NCBI RefSeq assembly: GCF_006345805.1
Contig: NC_043000.1
Coordinates: 104,346,001 to 104,410,000 of the forward strand
Reading direction: 5' to 3'
Source of the DNA: Octopus sinensis
Lineage: Eukaryota
DNA: 64,000 bases
Under the pieces are notes generated by a model. That model was not told the origin of the DNA. It worked only from the letters and a program-made list of their open reading frames with translations, and made no database searches. Each line of letters starts with the position of its first letter. The first letter of the stretch is position 1. Of the stretch, positions 24,594 through 37,739 are shown piece by piece. The position numbers and the translations under genes were made by a program.

Positions 24594-24600
24594 TTTTATA
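24594..24600 (-). promoter_or_regulatory. Candidate TATA box of the CNOT2-like gene
   Basis: TATAAAA on the minus strand ~100 nt upstream of the ATG; a candidate AATAAA lies at 22979-22984 (minus). Confidence 0.4.
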
Positions 24601-24919
24601 GTGCTCAAAGTTTTTACACTTTTTTCTACACTTAACCAAAGAGAAATATCAAACAGCCGACAATTTTGCAATCCGGTTTCGATTTTCAGTTGAAACCAGT
24701 TAATTTTTCTTTACCTGGTAATGTCTTTAGATAAAGCAGGAACATAACATCCTATTTACGTACCTAAAATATTGGGCCTTCATATCAGTTTTTAAATGTT
24801 GTTTGTTTAATCCCCGATCGAACAAACCTATGATCAAAGGCATCCCAACCGGTTTTTTTTTTGTATATCTACAACTATATTTCTCAATGTATTCTCCAAT
24901 TTTTTTACAAAAGGATTAG

Positions 24920-25620
24920 TTACTATTTCTAGTAGGTCGTCCTCGGTCTTTTCGGTTGTACCAGCACAGAACATCTTTCACCATTAGATAGAGGAAAAAC
25001 ACTCGTGCTTCCTGGTCAGAGGAAGGTAGCAGGGGCAATTCACACAACTGATCTGTTCTGCATGTGAGTACAGCTGTTTGATAAAAATTCAAAATTCTTA
25101 AATGTTCGGACAATGGATGACTATGGGTAGACTGATTTCATAGTTCTCTGGGCGCATCTCAGATAGGCCCAGCTAACGGCACTTCTAGCAACGCCTACAA
25201 TGGATTCTCGTCGATGCCTAGAGTTTTTTTCTGTAAATATTATCGCTCTTCCTTCGGTCGTATCGCTCGATTTGAAAGGGCTCTGAGTACCTGACAATAT
25301 ACCAGATACCAAGCACCAGTTTGGGTTTTTGCTTCACTCGGGGCTGCAGCTCTGTCAAAGGGACAAGCTGTGTGTGATGTGTATGTAGAGGGAACCCACT
25401 CACCATCCAGGAATCTCTCGCAAATGTCGCAGCCTCGGCACATCCTGAACCTCACCAACCATAGTATCTCGAACCCTCTAAGCTGATGATTTTGGTGGTA
25501 GGCCGCTTGCCCAATGGAACACCTCGCATCGACAAGAAGCAAATGGCAGACATTATAATGTGATCAAACGAAAACTGGAACAAAGCATAACGGTGGCGAT
25601 GCAGCGTTCGCCACCATTAC
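24920..25620 (-). mobile_element. Highly decayed RTE-like endonuclease region (tentative)
   Basis: Fragments KLVLGIW..VR and SDTTEGRAII weakly recall the RTE APE N-terminus. Confidence 0.3.
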
Positions 25621-25664
25621 TCGATCTTTCAAGAATAGATTCATTGGCATTTCTTCCGGCTTTT

Positions 25665-25800
25665 CATGTTATAAGTTCAAATCCCATCGAGGTCAACTTT
25701 GCCTTTCATCCTTTCGGAGTCGATAAAATAAAGTACCAGATAAATACCTGGTCGACGTAATTTCCTCGGTCCCTCCCCCCAGAATAGCTTGCCTTGAACC
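25665..25800 (+). mobile_element. SINE fragment
   Basis: GAGGTCAACTTTGCCTTTCATCCTTTCGGAGTCGATAAA is shared with the SINE at 15770. Confidence 0.8.
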
Positions 25801-26378
25801 CTGCAACTGGTCGGTGTCTCGTTCAGAGGAATATTGCGATCTAGAAACCGGGTAACCGGCCTCATGAGTTCTTGGGCTAAATAAAAATGTAAGCCTAAGT
25901 CAACTAAATCGAACTCTGTAACTTTCCTGGTATTTTATTTCATGGACTCAGCAAGGAGAAAGGCGAAGTTGAGTTCGGCAGTATTTGAAGGAAAATATCT
26001 TTCTCTTTCGTGCTTTTCTCAACGTCTATAATTTCTATATATGTGCAGAGACTAGCAGTATTCTTGGAAATTACAGTTATTTTGAAAAGTGTAAGGTGGT
26101 CGGAAGTTTATAAAAAAACCGCGAAATATGTATAATTTCTTTTCAAATGACATTTTGTTTCAAACATCTGATCAGATAGTGAAAAGATCCATATAAGTAG
26201 TATTGAATGTTCAGTCTTAGGAAATATCTCTGAAAGTTATTGTGTCTCGTTATAGTTACCTCTTCTACTTTGAGAGTTGTTATTAATTTTCTCATTTACT
26301 TCAAGAAGTAAACAATCTTAATTAATAAACGAAACTAAAGACATAATCTAACTATATTATTCTGTTTTGGAGACACCC

Positions 26379-26505
26379 AGGGTTTCATGTCCATATAGCG
26401 CTTAGCTTTACACCGTCTTTTCAGACCCTAGTGGCCAGTAAGCCACCGGTCACTAGGGTCTGAAGAGACGTTGTAAAGCTAAGCGCTTTATGGACGCGAA
26501 ACCCT
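26379..26505. repeat. Inverted repeat, 58-bp arms, 11-nt spacer
   Basis: 26379-26436 versus the reverse complement of 26448-26505: about 6 mismatches. Confidence 0.95.
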
Positions 26506-26514
26506 AGGTAACCC
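26456..26514 (+). ncRNA. Type I hammerhead ribozyme
   Basis: Stem I GGGU/ACCC; core CUGAAGA; extended stem II G(A)CGU-UGUAAAGC[UAAGC]GCUUUAUG-GACGC; GAAA; stem III CC[CUA]GG; cleavage triplet GUA (after 26510). Confidence 0.8.
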
Positions 26515-26609
26515 CATAAACCGGCCATAGCTATTTTTACCTAATTACTCTACTGCTCTATAACTTAGTGTGCTTCTCTTTTGGATTTATGATTTACTAA
26601 CGATATGCA

Positions 26610-26686
<77 letters not shown>

Positions 26687-26689
26687 CTT

Positions 26690-27565
26690 GTTTCTTATGC
26701 ATCCGCACTCGTTTGATACTTGACACTTCAACGTTGTTCAACACGAACTTGTGATGAGGCAGCTTGTATTTTGCGTGCTTGTGATCACCCTAAAAATGGA
26801 GGACCAAAACGAGCATTATCGATGTGTGATACATTTTTTATTTCAAAAATGGTAAGAAAGCAGCGGAATGCTGCTGGTAGATATGCGTTGTATACGGAGA
26901 GAATGCTGCTACGAAACTTGTGTGCCAGAAGTGGTTTTCAAGATTTCGATCGGGAAATTTTTCGGTTCAAGATGCACCTTGCTCAGGCCAGCCAACTGAG
27001 ATTAACAACAAATTGAAGGAGTGAGTCGACACCAACCCCCGTTATACGACTAGGATGATCGCATATATTCTCCAACTAACCAAATGGCGTGTTGAAAACC
27101 ATCTGCATCAGCTTCGTTATGTCAGCAGATTCAGTGTTTGGGTCCCATATCAATTGAATGAGAGTAACCTCCCCCAACGGATTTCCATCTGCGATTCGTT
27201 GCAGAAACGTGAAGAAAACTATCCATTTTGAAGAAAACAATATCAGGACACAGAAAATGGATCGTCTATAACAATGTGGAACACAAACGATCATAGGGGA
27301 AGCATGATGAACCATCACAAATAACCTCCAAAGCAAGACTTCACTCGAAGAAGGTTATTCTTCCAATCTGGTAGGATTAGAAGGGTGTTGTCTTTTATGA
27401 GCTTCTTCTCACTAACAAGGTCATCAATTCGAACATAAACTGTCAATAGCTGGGCAAGCTAAACACAGCTATCCACCAGAAGTGTCCAGTGTTTGCTAAC
27501 GGTTAGGGCATTGTCTTTCTTTATGACACTGCCAGGCCGCACATTTCTTTACAGGCATCACAAAT
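26690..27565 (+). mobile_element. Decayed mariner (Mos1-like) transposon
   Basis: MEDQNEHYR.., VYGENA....CQKWFSRFRSGNFSVQDAPCSGQP, and YDTARPH near 27530; many lesions. Confidence 0.75.
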
Positions 27566-28229
27566 AAATGAAATTACTTCAACAAAAATTAAAATACTTT
27601 AAAAAAGTTAAAGAAACTAAATAATATATTTACATACACTTTATTTTATTAAAAAAATGAGTATTGGATAAATCCTAATTTTTCTATTAATGATGTTTTT
27701 AACAGAGACAAGACTCCACCAAAAAAAAACAACAACAAAAAAACTATAAATAAATGGAAGATGAAATATGAAATGATTTACTTTTATGGTGAAGTATACT
27801 TTTATACCCAACATTAGTGTGTGTGTGGCTTGGTACTTCAAATGCAAAGTAAATGGGTGCATAGTTGTGTGGTTAAGTTTGTTTTGTAATTACAGTGATT
27901 CAGTTCCCATCCCATAATGAAGAATCTTGGCAAAGTGTCCTATACTATAGCATTGGATCATCCCAAGTCTTGTGTGTGAAATTAGCTAGAAAGGAAGTAT
28001 GTGAAAGCCCATTGGATAGGCAGCCCTTGTAATTTGAAGGGTCAGTATTGTTACACAGACAGAATCAAGAAATGTGTCTGAAAATTATGTCAAGGAGAGA
28101 TGTTTGTAGAATGCTCAGCTACATACATTATAATTCAATGTGTAGGTTGTTTTAATTATTTGAATTTGAAAGAAATGAAGCTTGTATGCTTTTCTTGATA
28201 TGCAATTTCAGCATGCATATATGACAGAG

Positions 28230-28700
28230 TGTAAGCATCTTGAGAGAAAAACTGGGCATAAGAGGCATCAGATGTGGTGTGCAAGAGAGATGACTGCACT
28301 GATATAGTTATGTGATGCGTATGGACAAAAACTGCTACATAAAGAAGTGCTGATCTCTAACTGCGGAGGGAACCTGTGGAAGAAGTAGACCCAGGAAGAC
28401 ATGGAACGATGTGGTGAAACATGATCTTTGAATGTTGGGTCTTACAGAGGCGATGACAAGTGATTGAGACCTTTGGTGATTTGCAGTACTTGAGAATACT
28501 CATCAAGCCAAGTGAAATTGTAGTTGTGACTGGTACTGGTGTCATGTAAAAGGAACCCACTACACTCTTGGAGTGGTTGGTATTGGGAAGGGTATCCAGC
28601 TGTAGAAACCAATCAAAATCAGACTGAAACCTGGTACAGCTGCCCAGCTTACCAGTTCCAATCAAACCATCTAATCCATGCCGGCATGGAAAGTTGAATG
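28230..28700 (+). mobile_element. RTE LINE 3' end
   Basis: Similar to 61630-61920 and 62400-62550. Confidence 0.75.
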
Positions 28701-28764
28701 ATAAGTGTCAATCTGTTGCTTTTGCTAAATATTAATATACTAAATATATATATATATATTTTTT

Positions 28765-28900
28765 TCTGTGTCCCTTTCTGTAGAAGAGTGTAGGCTCGAA
28801 ATGTAAAAGACTTTTTCTATTCCTGAGTGTTATACTAATGCATCTGTTTGTTTTGTACACCACCTGTCCTCGTCTTTTGTTTTTTTCATAAACTCTCCCT
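28765..28900 (+). mobile_element. Penelope-type terminal repeat with degenerate hammerhead-like motif
   Basis: CCUUU-CUGUAGAA-GAGU[GUAG]GCUC-GAAAUGUA-AAAGA; inverted homologue at 30210-30335. Confidence 0.6.
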
Positions 28901-29164
28901 ATATATATATTTGCTCATTCATTTTTCCATGCAAGCATGGGTTTGATGAATATATTATTGAGGCATTGTTTTACAGTTAGATGCCCTTCTTCATTCTAGC
29001 CTTTAACTGTTTTTCAAGAAACAGGTTTATTATTCCAGATAACTTTGAAGGCACTGAATGGGCAGGCACTTATTGATAGAAGTGTAAGCAACACAGCTCA
29101 AAACTCGTGACTTTCATACAAATGAGCACAATCATAAACACTCAGATGCACATGTATATCCATA

Positions 29165-30050
29165 GCTATCTTTGTAAAGCCACTACAAACAATAGTGGCC
29201 CCCGAGGGACACCATTTACAATTGATGTTTCTTCAGAAAGAGAACCAGTGGATATATATCTCTGACATCAACCCTTTGAAAATGTCATGCAGTCACTCCT
29301 CTAGTTTTCCAATGATGCCAAGGTCAGGCCATTTGTGACACATCACTCAGTGATCAACATTGTTGAAGGCCCAAGCAGAGTTGAGGTACATCACAATCAT
29401 ATTTAGATGGTTAAGCTGTTGCTTCAATACCAAGCCTTAATGCTATGGCAGCTGTGTAATGCAGCTGCTTCCTGAACAGAAGTCATGCTGCATATTAGTA
29501 AGCAAGCTATTTTCTTCTAGGAAATGATCAGCCTCTTTCTGACAATATGTTCCATGACTTTGCTAAATGTGAGGACAAAGAGATTGGCCTGTAAATTTTA
29601 GCATCTGCTCTACTTCCTCCTTGATGGAAAGGATGTATTGTATCGTCTTTTAACACTTTGTGAAGTCTGCCAAATGCAAACATTCTGGGAAAATATCTGC
29701 AGTGGTTTTAGGAAAGTTTTCTTGCATGTCTTTAAAAGAAAATCAAGAAAACCATCAGAATCCATTACTGAGTTCAGTTTCTTTCATCAATGGCTGATAT
29801 CACATCCCCTTTTATATTGATGCAGTCAGAAGTTACCTCTTCCCTGTGTGAATCTGCAGTGTTGAAGAACTTACCAGGCTTACTTATTTGCATATCTCCC
29901 AGTGAGAAAAGTGAAGACACTTTGGAACTGTTTATTTAGTATTTTACTTAACCTTATGAAGTCTGCAGTTGGTGAAACATTTCCTCAAACAATAGCCCTA
30001 TCTTGTAGTACAGCACTGTGGATTCTTTTGAAAATTTGTGGAAGGCCAAG
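29165..30050 (-). mobile_element. Decayed CR1/L2-type RT remnant
   Basis: Minus strand NGVPRGPLLFVV near 29190 and LTFSKVMEHIV near 29560. Confidence 0.5.
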
Positions 30051-30162
30051 TTTATGTATATTTAAATGAAGATACATACATATATATCTATCCAGATATA
30101 AATATCTATCTATAAACTTATCTAGCAAGATCATATTATGTATGTATGTATGTATGTATGTA

Positions 30163-30209
<47 letters not shown>

Positions 30210-30213
<4 letters not shown>

Positions 30214-30400
30214 GAAATTTATAGAAAAACAAAAGACAAAGACAGGTGTATGAACAAGCAAGTATATTAGTTTGACACTTGGGAAAAATGAAAAAGTCTT
30301 TTACGTTTTGAGCTTACGCTCTTCAGCAGAAAGGAATAAGAGAAAATAAGCAGAAAGAGAATGAAAAAAACTTGTTGATTTCAGCGGTCTAGCATGGTGT

Positions 30401-30443
<43 letters not shown>

Positions 30444-31740
30444 ATTTCATACATAGTGTACTTACCAGATTTAAAATATGTTTAACTGACAGTTGAGTTC
30501 TCGACAACTCAACCAGCTGAATTTTTAGAATCCTTTTATTATCAATCCATATGCTCTTAATCATCACAGTTTGTCAGGCGGACCGATATTCCATAACTTG
30601 TTTACGTTTATTAATCCAGATCATTAACTGGTTGTCATATTATTGCTGTTATTTCCTTTCAGAACAGGTTTGAATAATTTTAATTAACTGTTTTTCTTTT
30701 ATCTTTCTTCCAACCTTACTTGTGTCATTTAGTTTGTGGAAAGGAAAAATTAGAAACATTTTCTGACCACATGTCTCTATATATTTGCCCAGTGGAATTT
30801 GGCAAACATTGGTGTTCCGGATTTGTTGTCTGTGGACTCGTGAGAGTTCTGATAATGTATTCCCTGTCTCACCAACATATAATTCTCACAATTTGGGCAC
30901 TTAATGCAGATCAAATTTCTACTTTTGCAGTTCCTTTTTTGTTCTAATGGATCAACCCATATGCATGTATTGACACTTTCCACATCTGTTATTATTACAC
31001 TTGGATATTGTGAATGTGTTATCCCATTTATTCATGTTGAATTTTGCCTTTGTTAATAGTTTCTTTAGGTTATGTAGTTACCTTTTGCTTAAGATAAATA
31101 TTTGATTAGTTATTGTTTTTTAATCTTTCACTTAGTTTTGATGATGTTAAAAATGTTTTGGTGATGCGGATTGTGTGTTACTAGAAATGGTATTGTGTTT
31201 CTTTGAGGGGTTTGTCTTTTTTGTGTTGCTCTAAGTTGTTTTATAGGTATTTTGCTCATTTTTATGCTATTTTCTATAAGTAGGAGAAGATAATTTTGCT
31301 TGAGCAGAAATCCTTTGAGTTCTATAAGTCATGTGTTTCTGATATTTGGATTACCGACTATAGTTCAAATTTTCCTGACTAGACTGTATGGGATGTTGCG
31401 TTTTGTGTGTGTTGGGTGGTATGATTTGAAATTTAGGTACTGATGTGTATCTGCTTTTGTAATAAATATCAGTTGTGATTGAGGTGTTGTTTTTTAAATA
31501 CCATTATGTCAAGAAATGATAATTGTGTGTTGATCATTTCTCTTGTGAAGTTAAGACTAGGGTACAGATTATTGAGGAGGGTGCTGAATTCTTCTAAATT
31601 TTCTATGGATTTGGTCCAAATTAGGAAACAATCATCGCGGTATCTTTTCCATGTGTCCTCTATATGTCTTTTAGAGGTCATGCTGTAGTTTTCTTCATTT
31701 TTTTAATATATGTTTTGTTCCAAGTATCCCAATACTGAGT
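30210..31740 (-). mobile_element. Decayed Penelope-like element, second family
   Basis: WKRYRDDCFLIW...LSFLDIMV RT segment (31469-31681); terminal repeat with hammerhead-like motif at 30297-30334. Confidence 0.75.
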
Positions 31741-31927
31741 TCACGAAAACTGGAGCAAATCACATCCCCATGTCAGTTGAACACATTTGAAATCTGATGA
31801 GTACATTATGTATGAAAGCGCTAGTTGTATCAAAATACCATAATAGAAAACATGAAAACCAGACTTTGTTTTAACTTTATTCAACTGATATATACACTTA
31901 TATATACATATATATATATATATACAC

Positions 31928-32385
31928 ATGTGAAAAAGTCTTTGGCCACTTTAAACTATTGTAAATTTCTAATAACTGCCAACTTATAAGTGGATGTTTC
32001 ACATCGTGCTTTTACAGATGAAACATTGGCCCTGTTGGAGTAATTTCCATACCTAATCATATTTTGTAGGAGTTCTCAATGAGAGAAGACCACCAAAAAT
32101 GGCTGTGCAAAAGTCTTCGGCCACCTCGCATAAACTGATCAAGATACAGTGTTTTAAAACAGAAAAACGTCTATCATGAAAATTTATTACATAACGTTCA
32201 TTTCAAGAAGTTACTGTACATTGTTAAAATTTGTGTGGTTTCCCTTAGCTTGAGGCTTCAAGGCACCTGGGAAGAGATGCATACAAATCATCCACCATCG
32301 TCACAGGAATGAGATGCCATTCTCTGTTGCTGAGTTCCCACAACTCTTCAAGATTGCATAGATTCTTCTGATGAACTCTTCTCTT
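31928..32385 (-). mobile_element. Tc1-like transposon 3' remnant
   Basis: Repeated TGTGNAAAAGTCTTYGGCCAC motif (31929, 32104); minus strand WHLIPVTMVDDLYASLPRCLEA resembles a Tc1 transposase C-terminus. Confidence 0.5.
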
Positions 32386-32409
32386 TAGTTCTGTCTACAT
32401 TTCTTCCAT

Positions 32410-33009
32410 AAGAAGGCAATGACCAAGAACTTTGGCATTATATTGTGCTTGAGAAGACCCATCAAGCCAAGCAAAATTGCAGTTGTTGCAGATACTGGTG
32501 TCACGAAAATTGGCACCTGTGGTGGTGGTATGTAAAAGTACCTTGGTGTCACACAAATGGCATCCATGCCAGTGACATGTAAAAGCACCCATTGTCCTCT
32601 CAGAGTGGTTAGTGTTAGGAAGGGCATTCAGCTGTAAACTATGCCAAATCAGACTTCAGTCTAGTGCAGCCTTCCAGCATGCCAGCTTGGTCAAACTGTC
32701 CAGCCCATGCCAGCATGTACAGTGGATGTTAAATGATGATGATGATGAATTCCTGGTGACGCATTGTGTCCCTGTACAAGACACTTTATTTCATGTTGCT
32801 CCAGTTCACTCAGCTGGCAAAAATGAGTAGTACCTGTAATTCTAAGGGCCAGCCTTGTCACATTCTGTGTCACACTGAATCTTCCTGGGAACTACATTAA
32901 GGGTACATATGGCTGTGGAGTGCTCAGCCACTTGCATGTTAATTTCATGAGCAGGCTGTTTCATTGATTGAATCAAGTGCAACCATCGCCGTCATAACCG
33001 ATGGAGTGT

Positions 33010-33010
<1 letters not shown>
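32410..33010 (+). mobile_element. RTE 3' tail ending in (GAT)n followed by a SINE fragment
   Basis: Similar to 61850-62575 up to GATGATGATGATGA at ~32745; the following block is SINE-like and resembles 54640-54980 inverted. Confidence 0.6.
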
Positions 33011-33046
<36 letters not shown>

Positions 33047-33687
33047 ATATATATATATATATAAATACAGTCTAAGGAAACTGGTGGCATTGGTAAAAAT
33101 TGTTTTTAATGATATAGATCATTTAAACTTGAATAATTTTATCTTTATCCAATTGCACATGCATGCACACACATGCGTGGTAGTGGTAACTGGAAAGTTC
33201 AATGCCTCACAGTGATCAGTGATGAAACTCTTTTGACTAGTGAAGAATTGAGAAAAAATACAAGTGAATTTATAGGTTGTGTGTTTTCTTTTTGGTGGTG
33301 GGGAAAAAGAGGTCTTTTTATTTTTATTTATTTATCATCTGCTGGTGCTGGTGGTGTTTATATACGTATGAAAAAGGCAATGCTCACGCTATTCATCCAT
33401 ACATGAAACACTGCTGGCTAATTCCTTACGATGTACAACAAGTAATCTCCCTTGAGATAAGAGCTAACTGCATAGTGCTCTCCCTGAATGATAAAAAAAA
33501 AAACAGGAGGCTAGGAGACACATATACGTTTGGGTCTGTTGCTCAACATGTCCCTGTAAATCTTTTTGATAAACTCATGTTTATTTCTCCTATTTACTAT
33601 GTCAGGCTACCTATGTAATTAGAGATAACAATGTTGTCTCTTCCATTCATTGAACCATGTAACAAGGGGTAGCATTGGAACTGACTA

Positions 33688-35962
33688 CACTGGGAAACAA
33701 AATATTGTTGCTATCCAGACAAATGGAGCTGTGCTAGACTAAATCAAGTACACTGATTCCAAATCTGAACTCAGAATTACTGTAACACATCAGGATTCTG
33801 AGTTATGTGTATAATTATATATTGATACTATATTAATATCAGGAATAGTTCAGTTCAAGGTAAATAATAATTATAACAATACATTAGTACTGTATATAGC
33901 ATATTTATGTTTAAGGCAAATAGTATCATAATATAATGGTACATAGTATATTTATGTTAAGGGAATACTCACTTTATTTTTGATATGCTCAGCTCAGAAA
34001 TGTTTGAGACACTTGCTCTTGAGCTTATGCATCATACTGGTCTCCTGTTGTAGGAACCAGCAGTAGTCACCCATCATGTGTGGATTGAACCAGCCTTGAT
34101 ACCTCATTTCCATCTCAGATATGTCCTGGTAGTACCTCTCCCCATGCTCATCATTAAAGGCACCAAGATTTGTTAGAAAAAAAATTGAGATGAGAATGCA
34201 AGAAGTGTATTTTAAGGGACATTTGGCATCCCATTCTTTCATACACTGTTAGCATGTTGTTTATTAAATCAACATAGTTTTCAGCTCTTTCCAAGAAAGT
34301 TCTGTACAACTAACATGAATGAATCCTATGCCATCAGCTCAACTGAATTTGCTATCAGACATCAGTTCTCTGATCTTGGGTCCAATGAAAATGTCTGCTT
34401 TCAGTTTTGTTTCACTTTTCTCTGCATCAAATTTTACTTATAGGTACTGGAAGCCACAACCATCATGTGTCATTGTTTTTGCAAAGTTTTTTAATGAGGC
34501 CAAGTTTGAAGTGAAATGGTGGAAGGAAGATCTTTTTCGGGTCTACCAGAGGCATATGCTGCACATTGCTGTCGTCACAGCTGTTTCAAACACACAAGAA
34601 ACACATATTTTTGATATATCCCAGCTGCAGTCCTAGGAGGAGGGAAATCACCTTTAAATCATGACAAATATTCCACGTTTGAACTGAATAATTAACTCCT
34701 TTCAGAATGAGTTCCATTGATTCTTAAGTTTCTTCCATACCAACATGACCTACAGGAATGGAAAGTTTTTCATTACCATTATGTAACAACACAGCTTTGA
34801 GGCTAACCTTATGAGTCTATATACAAACTCCATTCGTTAGTCACATGCATGTGTCCTAGTTTTTGCATGAGTGCATTAACATCAGTACACAAACAATCAT
34901 TATTTTCTTGCTTGAAAAAGACCGATAAGCTTCATGGCAAGAACGGAAAAAGGAAGTTTTCACACCTTGCTGTAGGAGTTTCCTTTGCTGCAGTCTGGAT
35001 TCCAAAACTCCTGCCTTCTCCTTTTACAATGCTAGGTTTCATACTAAATTGTTCAAATCTTCTTGATTAAACAAGCATGGCTTATTCTTTTTGGAATCAA
35101 CTACATACTCTTCGTCGATAGGAAAATCAGGGGGTTCAATGGGCAACATGTCTAGGTCTTCAAGTGAATCAAGTGAGAGGGGAACTTAGACAGAGTTCTC
35201 AAAATCATGTGGGACCAGCTTTAGAGCTGACTTACAACCTGCATACACAATTTTTGCTTTGGTTTTCTTTGAGAAACCACTAATATTAGTCATGCAAAAG
35301 TAACAATCAGAGACATGATTGGTTGGTTCATGCCATACCATTGGTACAGTAAAAGGCATTCCCTTCCATTTTTCCATTCAGCCAGTGTAAGCCCTGAGTA
35401 ACACATGGTACAGCATATGAGGTGCCCACCTTTTGTCTTGGTCCCAAAATAATATTTACAGGCTGACTTGGTTCCAAAATAATATTTACAAGCAGTTTTT
35501 AATTTGGTGGGAATGTTCTTCCATTGGTCACATGGAGCAAATTTTCCACAGACATAACAAAAGTTGTTTGGGTGGGTCACACAGCCTCTCCTATTCATGA
35601 CCTAACACAATGAACACAGTTAAAACAGTAACCACGTAGTGCAAGAGATACACATACCATATGTGACAGTAGTGCAAACGACACTGAGAGTTACCAAGAA
35701 CAAATTGACATATTTGGTGCTTGCACACAATATGTCAGTGCCATCTATTACTAAACTAAAGAACTTCCTCATCATTTATTTTATTGCTGTTATTTCTTTA
35801 ATTTTGAATTAAGACTGCTTTCCTTTTAGCAAATTTTATAATACAGCCTATATTTAGCCAAAAGTATAGTTATAATCTTGGGCATGTGCATAACTCAAAA
35901 TCCTGACGTGCTAGAACAATTCTGAGTGCAAATTCGGAATTAGCATCCCTTGTTGTCCAGTG
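33688..35962 (-). mobile_element. Chapaev3-type (CMC) DNA transposon, both ends present, transposase disrupted
   Basis: Termini CACTGG...CCAGTG, 3-bp TSD CTA, ~60-bp subterminal inverted repeats (33752-33812 vs 35885-35945); motifs PNNFCYVCG, PMVWHEP.NH..DCYFC, DEHGERYYQDI..ME.RYQG..MMGDYCW. Confidence 0.82.
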
Positions 35963-37670
35963 CTATTCAATACCCCTCAACTACCTTCCTTATCACTTAA
36001 CCTCTCTTCTCCATGACAATAAGTCGGTTTGTATCTGATACACTCTACCAACACACTTTCTGTGCTACCAGCCTGCATTTCCTCTTTTCCAGGACACTCA
36101 TTACAGACATCTGTTACTCTCTCTCTCTCTTACCATTATCTAAATTATTATCCATCACTGAATCTCTCTCTTACTAGTATACATATAGTTGCTATCATCG
36201 TCTCACTTCCATTACTCTCTCCTTTCAAACCCTCTTAACTTGATCACAATTTCTCTCATCATACTCTTGCTTCCTTCACCTAATCATCCCAGTTTTGTGA
36301 TCAGACTCTTTCCAATTTACCTTAATGATAAGATTGTCTTGAATGAATACAGACACTGTAAAGTAATGAGGACTCTTTAGTCTTGTAGGGTACAATGCAA
36401 CATACTTTTGTTGGCACCATGATAATATGTACTCAGTACACTCTGCAAAGTGGGTAGTGAATGAGTAATAACAAAGTAAGGTCAAGAGTACTCTTTAGTC
36501 TGTCTGAGGAGATGACAACCTCTCTAATGTTACTGTCACAGAATGCACCCAGTATACTCTATAAAGTGGTTGGCATTAGGAAAGGCATCTAGCCATACAA
36601 AACATGCCAAAAATGGAATGTAAATGTGACATGTGGTCTTCTGATCCATTTAAAAGGGTATAGGCGTTACTGTCCCCCTAATGGATCATGATAACTCAGT
36701 CAGCTCATGTCAAATATAAAATGATGATATACAGTATGCACTATCTGGAGTGAATATGTATATATAAAGTATGCATGAATGTACACATACACTGTGTATC
36801 ATACTCAATGTAGATACATTGCCAGAAGCAAATTTGCTGGGTATCCATCCAAAATAACTCTTATGGATGTGCTGTGTTTAAAAACACAATATGTACCAGG
36901 GCCAAATGAAAATCATGACTAGCGAGAATGCTAGATGAATTTCTGCCTATTTGCATATTGTCAGTAGCATGTACTCATGGCCAACCTCATGCAATGATAA
37001 AATCTTATCATTGATGTACATTAACAGTGAATGAACAATCACTGATGTTGCAAACAGCCATCCACCTGAATAAAAATCCATTACAAGCAACACAAGTAGT
37101 ATGAGATTAAAATAGCCACTTATGTTTCCTACTTAAAGCAAATACATCACAAAAAGTAAATTTACAACAATACTGGGTTTAAAAGCAATACATATATCTA
37201 CCAGAGGCAGGCAAAAATCATCCTAGCAGTGGCTGGTGGGAATGCTCAATACATTTCAGCCTATATAAGCATTGTCAGTGTTTATACACAGTGATTTTCA
37301 TGATGTATTTATAACTACGTATGATACACAGATGGCTATTTTGATCTAATATTGCTTCTGGTCCATAGCACACACACACACACACATTGGATGGTCTTAC
37401 TGCTTTTTTTGTATGGTAAATGTTTAAATGCCGGAAGTTAAGATTCCATGTGATTCAAACACTTCCAACCAAACACACCAACTATAAATGTAACATCCAT
37501 TTTTCAACTGTTCACTAATCAAAAAATACCCAATCCTGGATGAAACTCAGTTACAATTAGGTAATGAACTTTCCTAGTTCTTACCATAAATCTTTATAAA
37601 ATTGAGTTCTCTCTTAGTGCACTCTTTTCTCTTCTTCTTTTTCTTCTTCTCTCTCTCTCTCATATATATA

Positions 37671-37672
<2 letters not shown>

Positions 37673-37737
<65 letters not shown>
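37673..37737. repeat. (GA)n microsatellite
   Basis: About 30 GA units. Confidence 0.95.
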
Positions 37738-37739
<2 letters not shown>

